A stretch of DNA of 40,179 nt from a virus. This document shows positions 1 to 8,737 of the stretch, piece by piece. A model generated the notes under the pieces. It worked only from the letters and a program-made list of their open reading frames with translations. It had not been told where the DNA came from and searched no databases. The stretch is from the IMG/VR virus record IMGVR_UViG_3300028792_000002, positions 1 through 40,179 of that record; one strand, written 5' to 3'. Numbering within the stretch: the stretch's first letter is position 1; the number at the start of each line of letters is the position of its first letter. A program made the translations under genes and the position numbers.

Positions 1-127
1 GGAGGCCATCGAACAAGCCATCCGGGACGGGAAGAAGCGGAACGAGATCGCCCGCGAGTTCGACGTGTCCGGCGCGACCGTCACCAACATCGGGAAGAAG
101 CTCGAAGCCACCGAAGGGCTTCGAGCC
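1..127. repeat. Terminal overlap copy 1 (identical to 40053..40179)
   Basis: Direct base-by-base comparison of both ends. The repeat lies inside one ORF that reads across the junction. Confidence 0.95.
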
Positions 128-478
128 TTTGACCGGTCGGCGACAAAACACGCGACTGAGGCTCGTGTGGCGGATCAGGCGGCGGAGCGGGCGCGGTTGC
201 GGGGGCTGCTGCTCGAGGACGCTCACCGGCTGCGGGCGCAGTTGTGGGAGCCGTGCACGTTGTTCAACTTCGGCGGCAAGGACAACACCCTGAACTCGGT
301 GGATCTGGCTGAGCCGACGTTCGAGCAGAAGGCGAAGATCATGACGTCGGTGGGGATCGCTGTGGACAAGATCGTGCGTCTGGATCAGGCGGGCGAGTCG
401 ACTGAGCAGGCGGCGACGCTGCTTGGGGCCCTGGTCGGGGAGATCCGGGCGCGTCGTACCCCGGAGGCGACGTCGTGA
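2..478 (+). CDS. terS: Terminase small subunit, C-terminal part (gene starts at 40024 across the circular junction; 168 aa in total)
   Basis: The frame of ORF 65..478 is open back to base 2 and continuous with the ATG at 40024 through the overlap. HTH-like KRNEIAREFDVSGATVTNIGKKL near the N-terminus. Lies directly upstream of terL. Confidence 0.75.
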   Translation, partial: EAIEQAIRDGKKRNEIAREFDVSGATVTNIGKKLEATEGLRAFDRSATKHATEARVADQAAERARLRGLLLEDAHRLRAQLWEPCTLFNFGGKDNTLNSVDLAEPTFEQKAKIMTSVGIAVDKIVRLDQAGESTEQAATLLGALVGEIRARRTPEATS

Positions 479-705
479 GCTGGTTGACGTTCGTCGAGGT
501 CCACGACACCGGCAAGACGAAGGTGTGGGACGTCCGGAACGCCGAGAACGGGTCGCTGCTCGGCCAGGTCCGCTGGCACGGGGCGTGGCGGCAGTACGTC
601 TACTCGACCGCGGCCGACGTCGTGTGGAACCCGGCGTGCCTCGACGAACTCGCTGCGTTCATCCGCGACCAGATGGCCGCGAGGCGTTCCCGTGCCGCTG
701 TCTGA
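475..705 (+). CDS. Hypothetical protein, 76 aa
   Basis: GTG start overlaps the terS stop (GTGA). Codon third positions are GC-rich. No motif recognised. Confidence 0.5.
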   Translation: MSWLTFVEVHDTGKTKVWDVRNAENGSLLGQVRWHGAWRQYVYSTAADVVWNPACLDELAAFIRDQMAARRSRAAV

Positions 706-1987
706 CAAGCAGGCCGACTCCCTCATCGAAGCCCTCGACGGTGACGACGCGATCCTGGTGTGGGAGGGCGCGGTCCGATCCGGAAAGACCATGAGCTCGA
801 TCCTCGCCTGGTGCGAGTACGTAAGGACGAAAGCCCCCCCGGGTCCGTTGCTGATGGTCGGCAAGACGAAAGACACGCTGCAGCGGAACGTGCTCGACGA
901 GATCGACGCCTACTTCGGCGACGCGTCACCGTTGCAGCACACGGCCGGCGCGAACGTCGGCACCCTGTTCGGTCGCAAGGTCCACATGGTCGGCGCGAAC
1001 GACGCCAAGGCAGAGTCCCGCATCCGTGGCCTCACGTTGGCCGGCGCCTACGTCGACGAGGGGACACTGCTGCCCAACGAGTCGTTCTGGTCCATGCTCC
1101 TCACCCGCCACGCCACCACGTTCTCCCGTGGGGCGAAGATCTTCGTCACCACCAACCCCGACTCCCCGGTGCACTGGTTCAAGAAGAAGGTCATCGACCG
1201 GGCGACGGAGATCCGGGCGCGGGTGTGGTCGTTCGTCCTGGACGACAACCCGATCCTTGACGAGGACGCGAAGGAGCAGCTGAAACGCAGCCTGTTCGGG
1301 TTGTTCTTCAAGCGGTTCATCCTCGGCCTGTGGGTGGCGGCTGAGGGCGCCATCTACGACATGCTCGACCTCGACGACGGCGGGAAACACCGCGTCACCT
1401 GGGACCAGGTGCCGATGCTCACCCGGTTCTGGCTCGGGGTCGACTACGGCGACCTGAACCCGTTCCACGCCGTCCTGTTGGCGTTGGGTGTGGATCAGCG
1501 GCTGTATGTGGTCGGGGAATGGCGGTACGACGGCCGCGCTAGGCAGAAGCAGATGGAACAGACCGAATACGAGGCCGCGCTCCGGGAGTGGCTGACGGGG
1601 CACGCCGGCATCCCCATCGAGGACATCCAGGTCGCCGGGGACACGTGGCCCGAACGCACCGCCGTCGACCCCTCTGCGGCCGGGTTCCGCAACGTGCTCG
1701 CCAACCGTGGCTGGACCGGCCTCACCGGCTCGGACGAGAAGATCAACGCCGTCCGGGACGGGATCCGCAACGTCGCCTCCCTGCTGGGTCGCGGCCGGTT
1801 GCGGTTCGTGAAGGACGCAGCCCCCGAGCTCGAACGGGAACTGCTGGGCTACGTGTGGGACGAGAAAGCGTCAGCGAAGGGTGAGGACACGCCGGTGAAG
1901 GTGGACGACCACGGCGCGGACGCCCTCCGCTACGTGGTGGCGGCGTGTCGTCTGGTGTGGCGGCCGTGGTTGGGTGAGGTGGGCTGA
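692..1987 (+). CDS. terL: Terminase large subunit
   Basis: 431 aa. Walker A-like GAVRSGKT, Walker B-like AYVDEG, C-terminal nuclease-type DDHGADALRY. Position upstream of the portal gene. Confidence 0.9.
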   Translation: MPLSDKQADSLIEALDGDDAILVWEGAVRSGKTMSSILAWCEYVRTKAPPGPLLMVGKTKDTLQRNVLDEIDAYFGDASPLQHTAGANVGTLFGRKVHMVGANDAKAESRIRGLTLAGAYVDEGTLLPNESFWSMLLTRHATTFSRGAKIFVTTNPDSPVHWFKKKVIDRATEIRARVWSFVLDDNPILDEDAKEQLKRSLFGLFFKRFILGLWVAAEGAIYDMLDLDDGGKHRVTWDQVPMLTRFWLGVDYGDLNPFHAVLLALGVDQRLYVVGEWRYDGRARQKQMEQTEYEAALREWLTGHAGIPIEDIQVAGDTWPERTAVDPSAAGFRNVLANRGWTGLTGSDEKINAVRDGIRNVASLLGRGRLRFVKDAAPELERELLGYVWDEKASAKGEDTPVKVDDHGADALRYVVAACRLVWRPWLGEVG

Positions 1988-2011
1988 CACCGGGGGCGTG
2001 ACCGTGCACAC

Positions 2012-2266
2012 ATGACTCAGCCCACCCCGTCTCTCGGTCGCATCGTCCTGATCGGCGTCGACCCCCTGTTCAACAACGGCGCCGACGTCGCCCCCGCGAT
2101 CATCACGCGCGTCTGGAACGACGCCTGCGTCAACGTCCGCGTGCTCGTGGACGGCCACAGCGCCCCGGACTGGCGGACCTCGGTGTACCTGCTCGCGGAC
2201 CGGGCGGCGTACGACGAGCACCACGGCGCGCCGTCGGTCAAGGCCTACTGGCCTCCGCGCGTCTGA
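2012..2266 (+). CDS. Hypothetical protein, 84 aa
   Basis: ORF with GC-rich third positions. First of five small ORFs between terL and portal. Confidence 0.55.
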   Translation: MTQPTPSLGRIVLIGVDPLFNNGADVAPAIITRVWNDACVNVRVLVDGHSAPDWRTSVYLLADRAAYDEHHGAPSVKAYWPPRV

Positions 2267-2334
2267 TGAGCGTCCTGGCGCTGGTGCTCCACGCCGTCAT
2301 CGAGCTCGCCCGCGACATCTGGACCAGCCGATGA
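2266..2334 (+). CDS. Possible 22-aa hydrophobic micro-ORF (MSVLALVLHAVIELARDIWTSR)
   Basis: ATG overlaps the upstream stop (TGATG) and its TGA overlaps the next ATG (ATGA). Very short, so weak. Confidence 0.3.
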   Translation: MSVLALVLHAVIELARDIWTSR

Positions 2335-2555
2335 TGGCCCTCGAGCAGATCGTCGACACCGAGACGATCCCCCCGATCATGCTCAACCCCGACCTGCTGG
2401 CCCCCGGTGAACCCTGGGAGCACACCTGCCGGCTCGTCATCACCGGCCACGACCGCCAGGGGGTGCACCGGACGATGTTCTGCTCGGTGCGGACGCAGGG
2501 TGGCCGGGCGGGGTTGGCGGCGCATCAGCGTGTCGTCCACGGGATCGAGCCGTGA
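2331..2555 (+). CDS. Hypothetical protein, 74 aa
   Basis: ORF with GC-rich third positions. Stop overlaps the next start (GTGA). Confidence 0.5.
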   Translation: MMALEQIVDTETIPPIMLNPDLLAPGEPWEHTCRLVITGHDRQGVHRTMFCSVRTQGGRAGLAAHQRVVHGIEP

Positions 2556-2869
2556 AGGTCTGCCGAGACTGCGGCGCCGAGTGGGTGCCGGTCCGCCGTG
2601 GCGAGTGCTCCCGTTGCGGCTCCGACGCCAGTCCACGGTCACCGCTGGAGGTGCTGGTGCTCGCCGACCTTCCCCCGCGGGAACGCCGCCACTGTAACCG
2701 CGGCCACCTGCTCGACGACCACGATGCACACGTGTGGCCCCAGGACATCGCCGAGCACCCGCTCGACGAGGAAGCGCCACGGGGTGCAGCGACCTCCTAC
2801 CCGCTCGGCTTCCAGGCACCCGAACCAGCCCCGTTCGAGTACGACGCCCTCGAACGCCCCAACTACTGA
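2552..2869 (+). CDS. Zinc-ribbon protein, 105 aa
   Basis: N-terminal CRDCG-x13-CSRCG double CxxC motif. GTGA coupling to the upstream ORF. Confidence 0.55.
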   Translation: MKVCRDCGAEWVPVRRGECSRCGSDASPRSPLEVLVLADLPPRERRHCNRGHLLDDHDAHVWPQDIAEHPLDEEAPRGAATSYPLGFQAPEPAPFEYDALERPNY

Positions 2870-2894
2870 CACCCGGCACCGGAACCTTGCGCCC

Positions 2895-3068
2895 ATGTAC
2901 GACGTGATCGTCCTCGCCCCCGGCGGCGGCTGGACCACCGACACCACCGGCCCCCTCACCCGCTGCCGCCAACGCGTCCGCGACCTCGCCCAGTCGAACC
3001 GCGGCCGCCGACAGATCACCCGCATCACCCACCGACCCACCGGCCACACCGTCGACAAGGACACCTGA
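2895..3068 (+). CDS. Hypothetical protein, 57 aa
   Basis: ATG at 2895. Stop overlaps the portal start (TGATG). Confidence 0.45.
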   Translation: MYDVIVLAPGGGWTTDTTGPLTRCRQRVRDLAQSNRGRRQITRITHRPTGHTVDKDT

Positions 3069-4636
3069 TGCCGCTCCCGCTCGACAACGCCGGGTTCTGG
3101 CCCCCCCTCGACATCCGCCCCTACATCGACCAGGCCGAAGCCGCTGCCGCCTGGTGGTCCGGTGACCGCGACGACCTCGCCGCCACGTCCCACAGCACCG
3201 GCACCGGTGCGTCACGACGGAAGTTCTGGCAGCGCCGGAAGACCGGCGACGCCACCACCACCACCCACCACGTCCACGCACCCCTCGCCGGCGACATCGC
3301 TGCTGTGAGTGCGGAGCTGCTGTACGGCGACTTCCCCAACCTCGTCACCGACGACACGGCCGCCCAGGCCCAGCTCGAAGAGACCGTCGAGACGATCGGC
3401 CTGCAGAACCTGATGCTCGAAGCCGCTGAGGTCGCCGCCGCCACGGGTGGCGTGTACCTGCGGCAGACGTGGGACACCCGGGTCGCTGACCATCCGCTGA
3501 TGCAGTCGTTCCCGCAGACGAACGCCGTCCCCGACTTCCGCTACGGCCGCCTGTTCGGCGTCAGCATGTGGGAGGAGGTCGACCGGGTCGGCGGCACCAT
3601 CTGGCGACACCTCGAACGCCACGAGCCCGGCCGAGTCCTCCACGGCCTCTACGTCGGCTCCGAGGTCAACCTCGGCACCAGCATCCCGCTGACCGAGCTG
3701 CCGGCGACGGCCGATTACCAGCCCGAGGTGCTCCTCCCCGGCCGGCTCCGGGACCGGATGCTCGTCCAGTACGTCCCCAACGCCCTCCCCAACCGGAAGC
3801 TGAAGTCCCGGCCGTTGGGTCGGGCGGACTGGGTGGGCTGTGAGGACTTCCTCGACGCGCTCGACGAGACGTGGACGTCGCTGATGCGGGACATCCGCAT
3901 CGGCCAGGCCCGCATCCTGCTCCCTGAGGAGTGGGTCACCAAGGGCGGCCGACCGGGCACCCAGTCCACGTTCGACGTCGACGACGAAGCGTTCATCAAG
4001 CTCCACGTCGCCCAGTCGGAGCAGCAGAAGCTGGAGACGTTCCAGCCGGACCTCCGGATCGATCAGCACCTTGCCGGCACCGTCGCGTTGATGGAACGCA
4101 TCGTCAGTGCGTGCGGGTACTCCCCCCAGACGTTCGGCATGGACATCAAGGGCTCCGCCCACTCCGGCACCGCCCTGCGGATCCGCGAAGGCAAGACGAA
4201 GAACACGATGGTGAAGAAGCAGGGCTACCACACCCCCGGCCTGCAGCAGGCCGTCGTCAACCTCCTCGACATCGGCTACGAAGTGTGGGGCACCCCCACC
4301 ATCGCCGACCCGAAGAAGAACCCGGCGAAGGTCGGGTGGGCGGCGATCTCGATGGACCCGGCGGAGAACGCCACCATGATCCAGACGCTCCGCACAGCGG
4401 AAGCCATCAGCATCCGGACGGCGGTGAAGATGGCGCAGCCGGACCTCGACGAGGACGACGTCGACGAGGAGGTCGCGTTGATCCAGTCGGAGACGGCGAT
4501 GGCGTCCCCGACCGACCCGTTCCACCCGGCCACCCCGGGCATGGAGCCGCCCGTGGCACCGATCGACGAGGCCCCGCCGCACGACCCCGCCACCGCCACC
4601 GACCTGACCCCTGACGACCAGCCTGCCGTGCCCTGA
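3068..4636 (+). CDS. Portal protein
   Basis: 522 aa. Lies between the terminase and the MuF-like gene. Acidic, Pro-rich C-terminal tail typical of portals. Confidence 0.85.
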   Translation: MPLPLDNAGFWPPLDIRPYIDQAEAAAAWWSGDRDDLAATSHSTGTGASRRKFWQRRKTGDATTTTHHVHAPLAGDIAAVSAELLYGDFPNLVTDDTAAQAQLEETVETIGLQNLMLEAAEVAAATGGVYLRQTWDTRVADHPLMQSFPQTNAVPDFRYGRLFGVSMWEEVDRVGGTIWRHLERHEPGRVLHGLYVGSEVNLGTSIPLTELPATADYQPEVLLPGRLRDRMLVQYVPNALPNRKLKSRPLGRADWVGCEDFLDALDETWTSLMRDIRIGQARILLPEEWVTKGGRPGTQSTFDVDDEAFIKLHVAQSEQQKLETFQPDLRIDQHLAGTVALMERIVSACGYSPQTFGMDIKGSAHSGTALRIREGKTKNTMVKKQGYHTPGLQQAVVNLLDIGYEVWGTPTIADPKKNPAKVGWAAISMDPAENATMIQTLRTAEAISIRTAVKMAQPDLDEDDVDEEVALIQSETAMASPTDPFHPATPGMEPPVAPIDEAPPHDPATATDLTPDDQPAVP

Positions 4637-4638
4637 CG

Positions 4639-5700
4639 ATGACCCCCGAGCAGGCGCTGAACCTCGCCAAGACCGTCGCCGACCTGTACGCCGAAGCCAC
4701 CGCCCGCATCCTCACCCTCATCGCCGCCACCGCAGCGAAGGGGATGGAGTCGCCTGCGTGGCAGCAGGAACGCCTCGCCGAACTCGTGATCCTCCGCCGC
4801 AACACGGCCCGGATCGTCGCCGCGATGCAGCAGCACGGCACCAGCCAGGTGCTGACCGCGCTCGAGGAGGCCTACCGTGGTGGCCGGCTCACCCCAGCCC
4901 TCACCCGCCCCGGCATGGTCGCCGTACCCCAACGAGCAGTGGTCACGTTGGCGGCGGACACCACCCGGGTCCTCGACTCCACGGGCCCGCGGGTGCTCCG
5001 CTGGGCTGAGGACGTGTACCGGCAGGTGATCGCCGAGGCCGTCGGCCCCACCATCGTCGGCGTCGAAACCAGGCGTGAAGCTGCTGCCCGGGCGATGGAC
5101 CGGTTCGCTGCCCGGGGCGTCACCGGGTTCACCGACAGCGCGGGCCGGAACTGGGCCCTCGACACCTATGCGGAGATGGCCACCAGGACCGCAGCCGGCA
5201 CCGCCTACCGGGTGGGGAAGGTCGACCGGTTCCGCGAATCCGGCGTCTCCCTCGTCGTCGTGTCGGACTCCCCGGAGGAGTGCGAGGTGTGCCGCCCCTG
5301 GGAAGGCATGGTGCTCTCCCTGGACGGTGGGGAACCGACCGCGGCCGAGTTGGGCGGCGCCGAGTTCGGCGGCACCGTCGCTGACGCTGAAGCGGCCGGG
5401 ATCGGGCACCCGAACTGCACCCACACCTACGAAGCGTTCACCCCCGGGTTGACGGACACCCCGACGCCGGAGGCGAACCCGGACGGCTACCAGGCGCGGC
5501 AACGGCAGCGGGAGCTCGAACGGCGGGTGCGGGAGTCGAAGCGGCGGGTCGCCGCCCTGAAGCCGCTCGGGAAGACACCGCAGTTGGCGCGGGCGCAGCA
5601 GCTGCTCGGCGCCCGCCGTACCGCGCTGCTCGAGCACAACACGGCGTTCGACCGGAAGCAGCACGTGTCCGACCGACGGGTCCAGTTGACCCACCGCTGA
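4639..5700 (+). CDS. MuF-like / SPP1 gp7-like minor capsid (head morphogenesis) protein
   Basis: 353 aa directly after the portal gene. GIGHPNCTHTY motif (Mu F-type HPNC) and a basic coiled C-terminus. Confidence 0.85.
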   Translation: MTPEQALNLAKTVADLYAEATARILTLIAATAAKGMESPAWQQERLAELVILRRNTARIVAAMQQHGTSQVLTALEEAYRGGRLTPALTRPGMVAVPQRAVVTLAADTTRVLDSTGPRVLRWAEDVYRQVIAEAVGPTIVGVETRREAAARAMDRFAARGVTGFTDSAGRNWALDTYAEMATRTAAGTAYRVGKVDRFRESGVSLVVVSDSPEECEVCRPWEGMVLSLDGGEPTAAELGGAEFGGTVADAEAAGIGHPNCTHTYEAFTPGLTDTPTPEANPDGYQARQRQRELERRVRESKRRVAALKPLGKTPQLARAQQLLGARRTALLEHNTAFDRKQHVSDRRVQLTHR

Positions 5701-5705
5701 CCGGT

Positions 5706-5981
5706 GTGGCGGCTGACACTCCGGCCCGGACCGTGGGCGTCATGCAACGGACTTGGCTGCCCACAGCCCTCACCTGTCCCGCCTGCGGCCACGGATGGCA
5801 CCCCACCGGCACCTGCCCCGACTACATCGCCGCCGGTGGCGTCGCGACAGCGTGCGCCTGCCGATCCACCGAACGGAGCGGAACCTTGCGTCGAGCCGAA
5901 CCCCGGGCCTGCTGCAACACCACAGTCGCCGACCACCACCGGAACGACTGCCACCAGGTCACGGCCCGGGTGCCACGATGA
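5706..5981 (+). CDS. Cysteine-rich small protein (alternative start ATG 5742)
   Basis: CPACGHGWHPTGTCPDY plus further Cys/His (ACAC, ACC, NDCH). Stop overlaps the next ATG (ATGA). Confidence 0.45.
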   Translation: MAADTPARTVGVMQRTWLPTALTCPACGHGWHPTGTCPDYIAAGGVATACACRSTERSGTLRRAEPRACCNTTVADHHRNDCHQVTARVPR

Positions 5982-6247
5982 GCCTCGACATCCTCGCAGC
6001 ACTCGAAGCCACCCCCGCGCGGGGCGCAGGACGCTGCGGGATCGCCACCTTCCTCAACGGCATCCCGGCGGAGACGCCCGGCCGGGACGAACTCGTCCGC
6101 CTCGTCGAAACCCCCCACGACCGCGGCGGCCGCGCCGACACCAGGTCCGGGCAGTCCATGGCCGTCGTACTCACCCAGCTCGGCTACGAGACGACCCAGA
6201 ACCCGATCCTGGACCACCGGAACAAGGCCTGTCGGTGCTACCGGTGA
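5978..6247 (+). CDS. Hypothetical protein, 89 aa
   Basis: ATG 5978 is coupled to the upstream stop. Its own stop overlaps the GTG of the next gene (GTGA). Confidence 0.5.
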   Translation: MSLDILAALEATPARGAGRCGIATFLNGIPAETPGRDELVRLVETPHDRGGRADTRSGQSMAVVLTQLGYETTQNPILDHRNKACRCYR

Positions 6248-7470
6248 CCCTCGACATCACCGGTGCGCTCGCAGCCACCCGCCACGTCGGCACCATCGAA
6301 CACGAGCAGGCCGCCCAGGCTGGCACCATCCAGGTCGGGTCCGACGGCGGCGAGTTCAAGGACGTCACCGTCGACTCGGAGATCCTCGACAACGACTGGT
6401 CCCGGATCTTCCGGATCTTCAAGCTCAACCCCGACGAGTTCGAGGTGGTCGACGACACCGTCAAGATCACCACCTGGCAGCAGTCCAAGCGTCTCGAGAA
6501 CGGCGATCGGGACACCGTCCAACTCTGGTCGTACTCGGGGCGGTTCACGCGCCGTACCAAGGACCGGATCTCGCCGGCCGTGGTGGCCGAGTGGCGGACC
6601 GCGCTACGGGTGAAGTCCCGGGCGAAGAAGCCCGACCCGGTCACCGGGGGTGGCACCTACCCGATCTTGATCGCCGACCCGCAGCTGGGGAAGAAGGGCA
6701 CCGAGGAGGCTGTCGAGAACTACAAGCGGGGCGTCTCTGCCCACATCGCGGCGGCCCGCTCGCTGGCCGATGAGGTGGCTGGCGTGCACGTCGCATGGAT
6801 GGGCGACGAGACCGAGAACGTCGTCAACTCCTACGGCAACCAGCCGCACACCATCGAGCTCAACCGGTCCGAGCAGCTCGCCCTCGACTACGACCTGCGC
6901 GTGTGGGCGCTCCGCGAAGCACTGTCGCTCGGGAAGCCGACATCGGCGTCGTCGGTGATCTCCAACCACGGCGAGTGGACTCGCAACGGCGGCAAGGACC
7001 CGGTCACCAGCCAGGGCGACAACGCGTCCACGTTCATCGCCCGTCAGGTCAAGTCCCTGTTCGATGAGCTCGCACCGTTCACCGGGCAGACCGTCGAGTG
7101 GCACATCGGCGGGGGCGACCCCGGCGTCACGATCAACCTGTCCGGGGTGGAGTGCTACTTCTCCCACGGCTACATCGAGAAGGGCAAGGGCGGCTCCACC
7201 GAGATCCGAACCCGGGCCGCGATCGAACGGCAGATCCTCGGCAAGACTGACCAGCTCGGTGCGACGGCGCTGTGGTTCATGGCGCACTACCACCACTTCT
7301 ACAGCCAGGAGTTCGAGGGCCGGACCCTGTTCGGGTGCCCAGCGATCGAGGCGGAGCGGTCGTCGGAGTACATGCTGAACCAGTTCGGGGTGTGGTCGCC
7401 GCCGGGCGTGCTGGGGATGCTGGTCGGCGAGCACCACTCGCGTGGCTGGTCGAACCTGAACGTGTTCTGA
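6244..7470 (+). CDS. Calcineurin-like metallophosphoesterase-family protein, 408 aa
   Basis: Ordered motif series LIADPQLG / WMGDETEN / SNHGEW / FSHGY / AHYHHF, resembling metallophosphoesterase motifs I-V. The upstream part of track ORF 5704..7470 is rejected as non-coding. Confidence 0.7.
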   Translation: MTLDITGALAATRHVGTIEHEQAAQAGTIQVGSDGGEFKDVTVDSEILDNDWSRIFRIFKLNPDEFEVVDDTVKITTWQQSKRLENGDRDTVQLWSYSGRFTRRTKDRISPAVVAEWRTALRVKSRAKKPDPVTGGGTYPILIADPQLGKKGTEEAVENYKRGVSAHIAAARSLADEVAGVHVAWMGDETENVVNSYGNQPHTIELNRSEQLALDYDLRVWALREALSLGKPTSASSVISNHGEWTRNGGKDPVTSQGDNASTFIARQVKSLFDELAPFTGQTVEWHIGGGDPGVTINLSGVECYFSHGYIEKGKGGSTEIRTRAAIERQILGKTDQLGATALWFMAHYHHFYSQEFEGRTLFGCPAIEAERSSEYMLNQFGVWSPPGVLGMLVGEHHSRGWSNLNVF

Positions 7471-7502
7471 CCCGCTGACACCGGCCGCCGCAACCTGCTG
7501 CC

Positions 7503-8258
7503 ATGACTCAGCCCACGGAGTACGCCACCTTCGGCGCCCCCATCACGCCCGACACCATCGGCGACCTCATCGCCTTCCACCGCGCCACCTTCGGCGGCTA
7601 CCGCATGGAGGGCGAGACCACGTCGACCGACACCGGTACGGCGACCACAGACAGCGGTGGCACCAGCACGGGAGCCACAACCACCACGACGAGCGACTCC
7701 ACGTCGACCGGTGCCACCGCCGAGGAGAAGAAGCTCGACCTCACCCAGGCCGGGCTGGACCGCATCATCGCGGAGCGGCTCGCCAAGGAGCGGAAGATGT
7801 TCGAGCAGCAGCTCGCCGAGGTCCAGGCGACCGCGGGGAAGACCGAGCTCGAAGCCGCACAGATCAAGGCCCAGCAGGCCGAGGAGCGCGTCGGGTCCGT
7901 CACGAAGGAGTCCGCGCAGCGCGTCGCCGGCGCCGAGGCCAAGCTGGCCGCCCACCTCGCGGGTGCGAAGAAGGACCGTCTCGAAGCCGTCCTGAAGCAG
8001 GCCGACCTCACCGACGCGGTTGCTGCTGACGGCACCGTGGACTCGGCGAAGGTGCAGACCGCGATCGACAAGGTGCTCGCCGACTACCCGGAGTGGAAGG
8101 GCACCACCATCACGACGCCGGGTGGTGAGCTGAAGCAGGGCGAGACGGGGAAGCGGGTGTGGTCGCGGTCGGAGATCGCGGCCCTGTCGGCGGCGGACCG
8201 GAAGGCGCACCTGGCGGACATCAACGCGGCGGCGGCCGAGGGCCGCATCAAGGACTGA
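7503..8258 (+). CDS. Scaffolding protein
   Basis: 251 aa, rich in Ala/Glu/Lys/Gln with helical character and a Thr/Ser/Gly-rich N-terminal linker. Position upstream of the major capsid gene. Confidence 0.75.
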   Translation: MTQPTEYATFGAPITPDTIGDLIAFHRATFGGYRMEGETTSTDTGTATTDSGGTSTGATTTTTSDSTSTGATAEEKKLDLTQAGLDRIIAERLAKERKMFEQQLAEVQATAGKTELEAAQIKAQQAEERVGSVTKESAQRVAGAEAKLAAHLAGAKKDRLEAVLKQADLTDAVAADGTVDSAKVQTAIDKVLADYPEWKGTTITTPGGELKQGETGKRVWSRSEIAALSAADRKAHLADINAAAAEGRIKD

Positions 8259-8260
8259 CG

Positions 8261-8410
8261 GTGCGCGACGACGTCGCCCGCTTCCACGGGACCACCATCG
8301 CCGAGCCCGAGGCCGGTCACCTGACCGTCCTCGAGGCCTCGTGCGACCCGGCCGCGCACCGTACGACGACCGACGGCTTCTGCTGCGGCGTCTGCAAGGC
8401 GTCGGTCTGA
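8261..8410 (+). CDS. Small Cys-containing protein, 49 aa
   Basis: GTG 8261 lies just after the scaffold stop. C-terminal CCGVC. Stop overlaps the next ATG. Confidence 0.4.
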   Translation: MRDDVARFHGTTIAEPEAGHLTVLEASCDPAAHRTTTDGFCCGVCKASV

Positions 8411-8679
8411 TGTCCGGCGCTCACCGGCGGGTCCTCACCCTCGAGGAGGAGTACCCCGAGGTCGACGTCGAGTCGTTCCACTGCCGCCACTGCGGAGCAC
8501 CGCGGCGGATGCGCGGCAAGACCAACGTCCCCGGGAAGCGGGTCATGGTGTGCGACACCTGCGACCCCGACGTGACGGTGCCGCTCCCGGGGCGGCACTG
8601 CACGGCCTGTGAGACGTACGAGCCGGACCCCACCCGGGCCATCTGCCTGGTGTGTGAGAGGCCACTCCCGACCGGCTGA
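8410..8679 (+). CDS. Zinc-ribbon protein, 89 aa
   Basis: Four CxxC pairs (CRHC, CDTC, CTAC, CLVC). ATG is coupled to the upstream stop. Confidence 0.5.
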   Translation: MSGAHRRVLTLEEEYPEVDVESFHCRHCGAPRRMRGKTNVPGKRVMVCDTCDPDVTVPLPGRHCTACETYEPDPTRAICLVCERPLPTG

Positions 8680-8737
8680 CACCGCACACCTCAACGTAGT
8701 CCTCGACCGGGTCAGCCGTCGAAAGCGCCGGTCCCCT

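Noticed and set aside
2880-2891. 12-mer CGGAACCTTGCG shared between 2880-2891 and 5879-5890.
   Set aside because: A single 12-nt match in a 40-kb GC-biased genome is expected by chance, and the flanks do not match.
5704-6243. N-terminal 180 codons of the 588-aa track ORF 5704..7470.
   Set aside because: This part is a Pro/Arg/Thr-rich low-complexity translation, overlapped by two better ORFs in other frames that are stop/start coupled. The recognisable protein begins at GTG 6244, overlapping the upstream stop.
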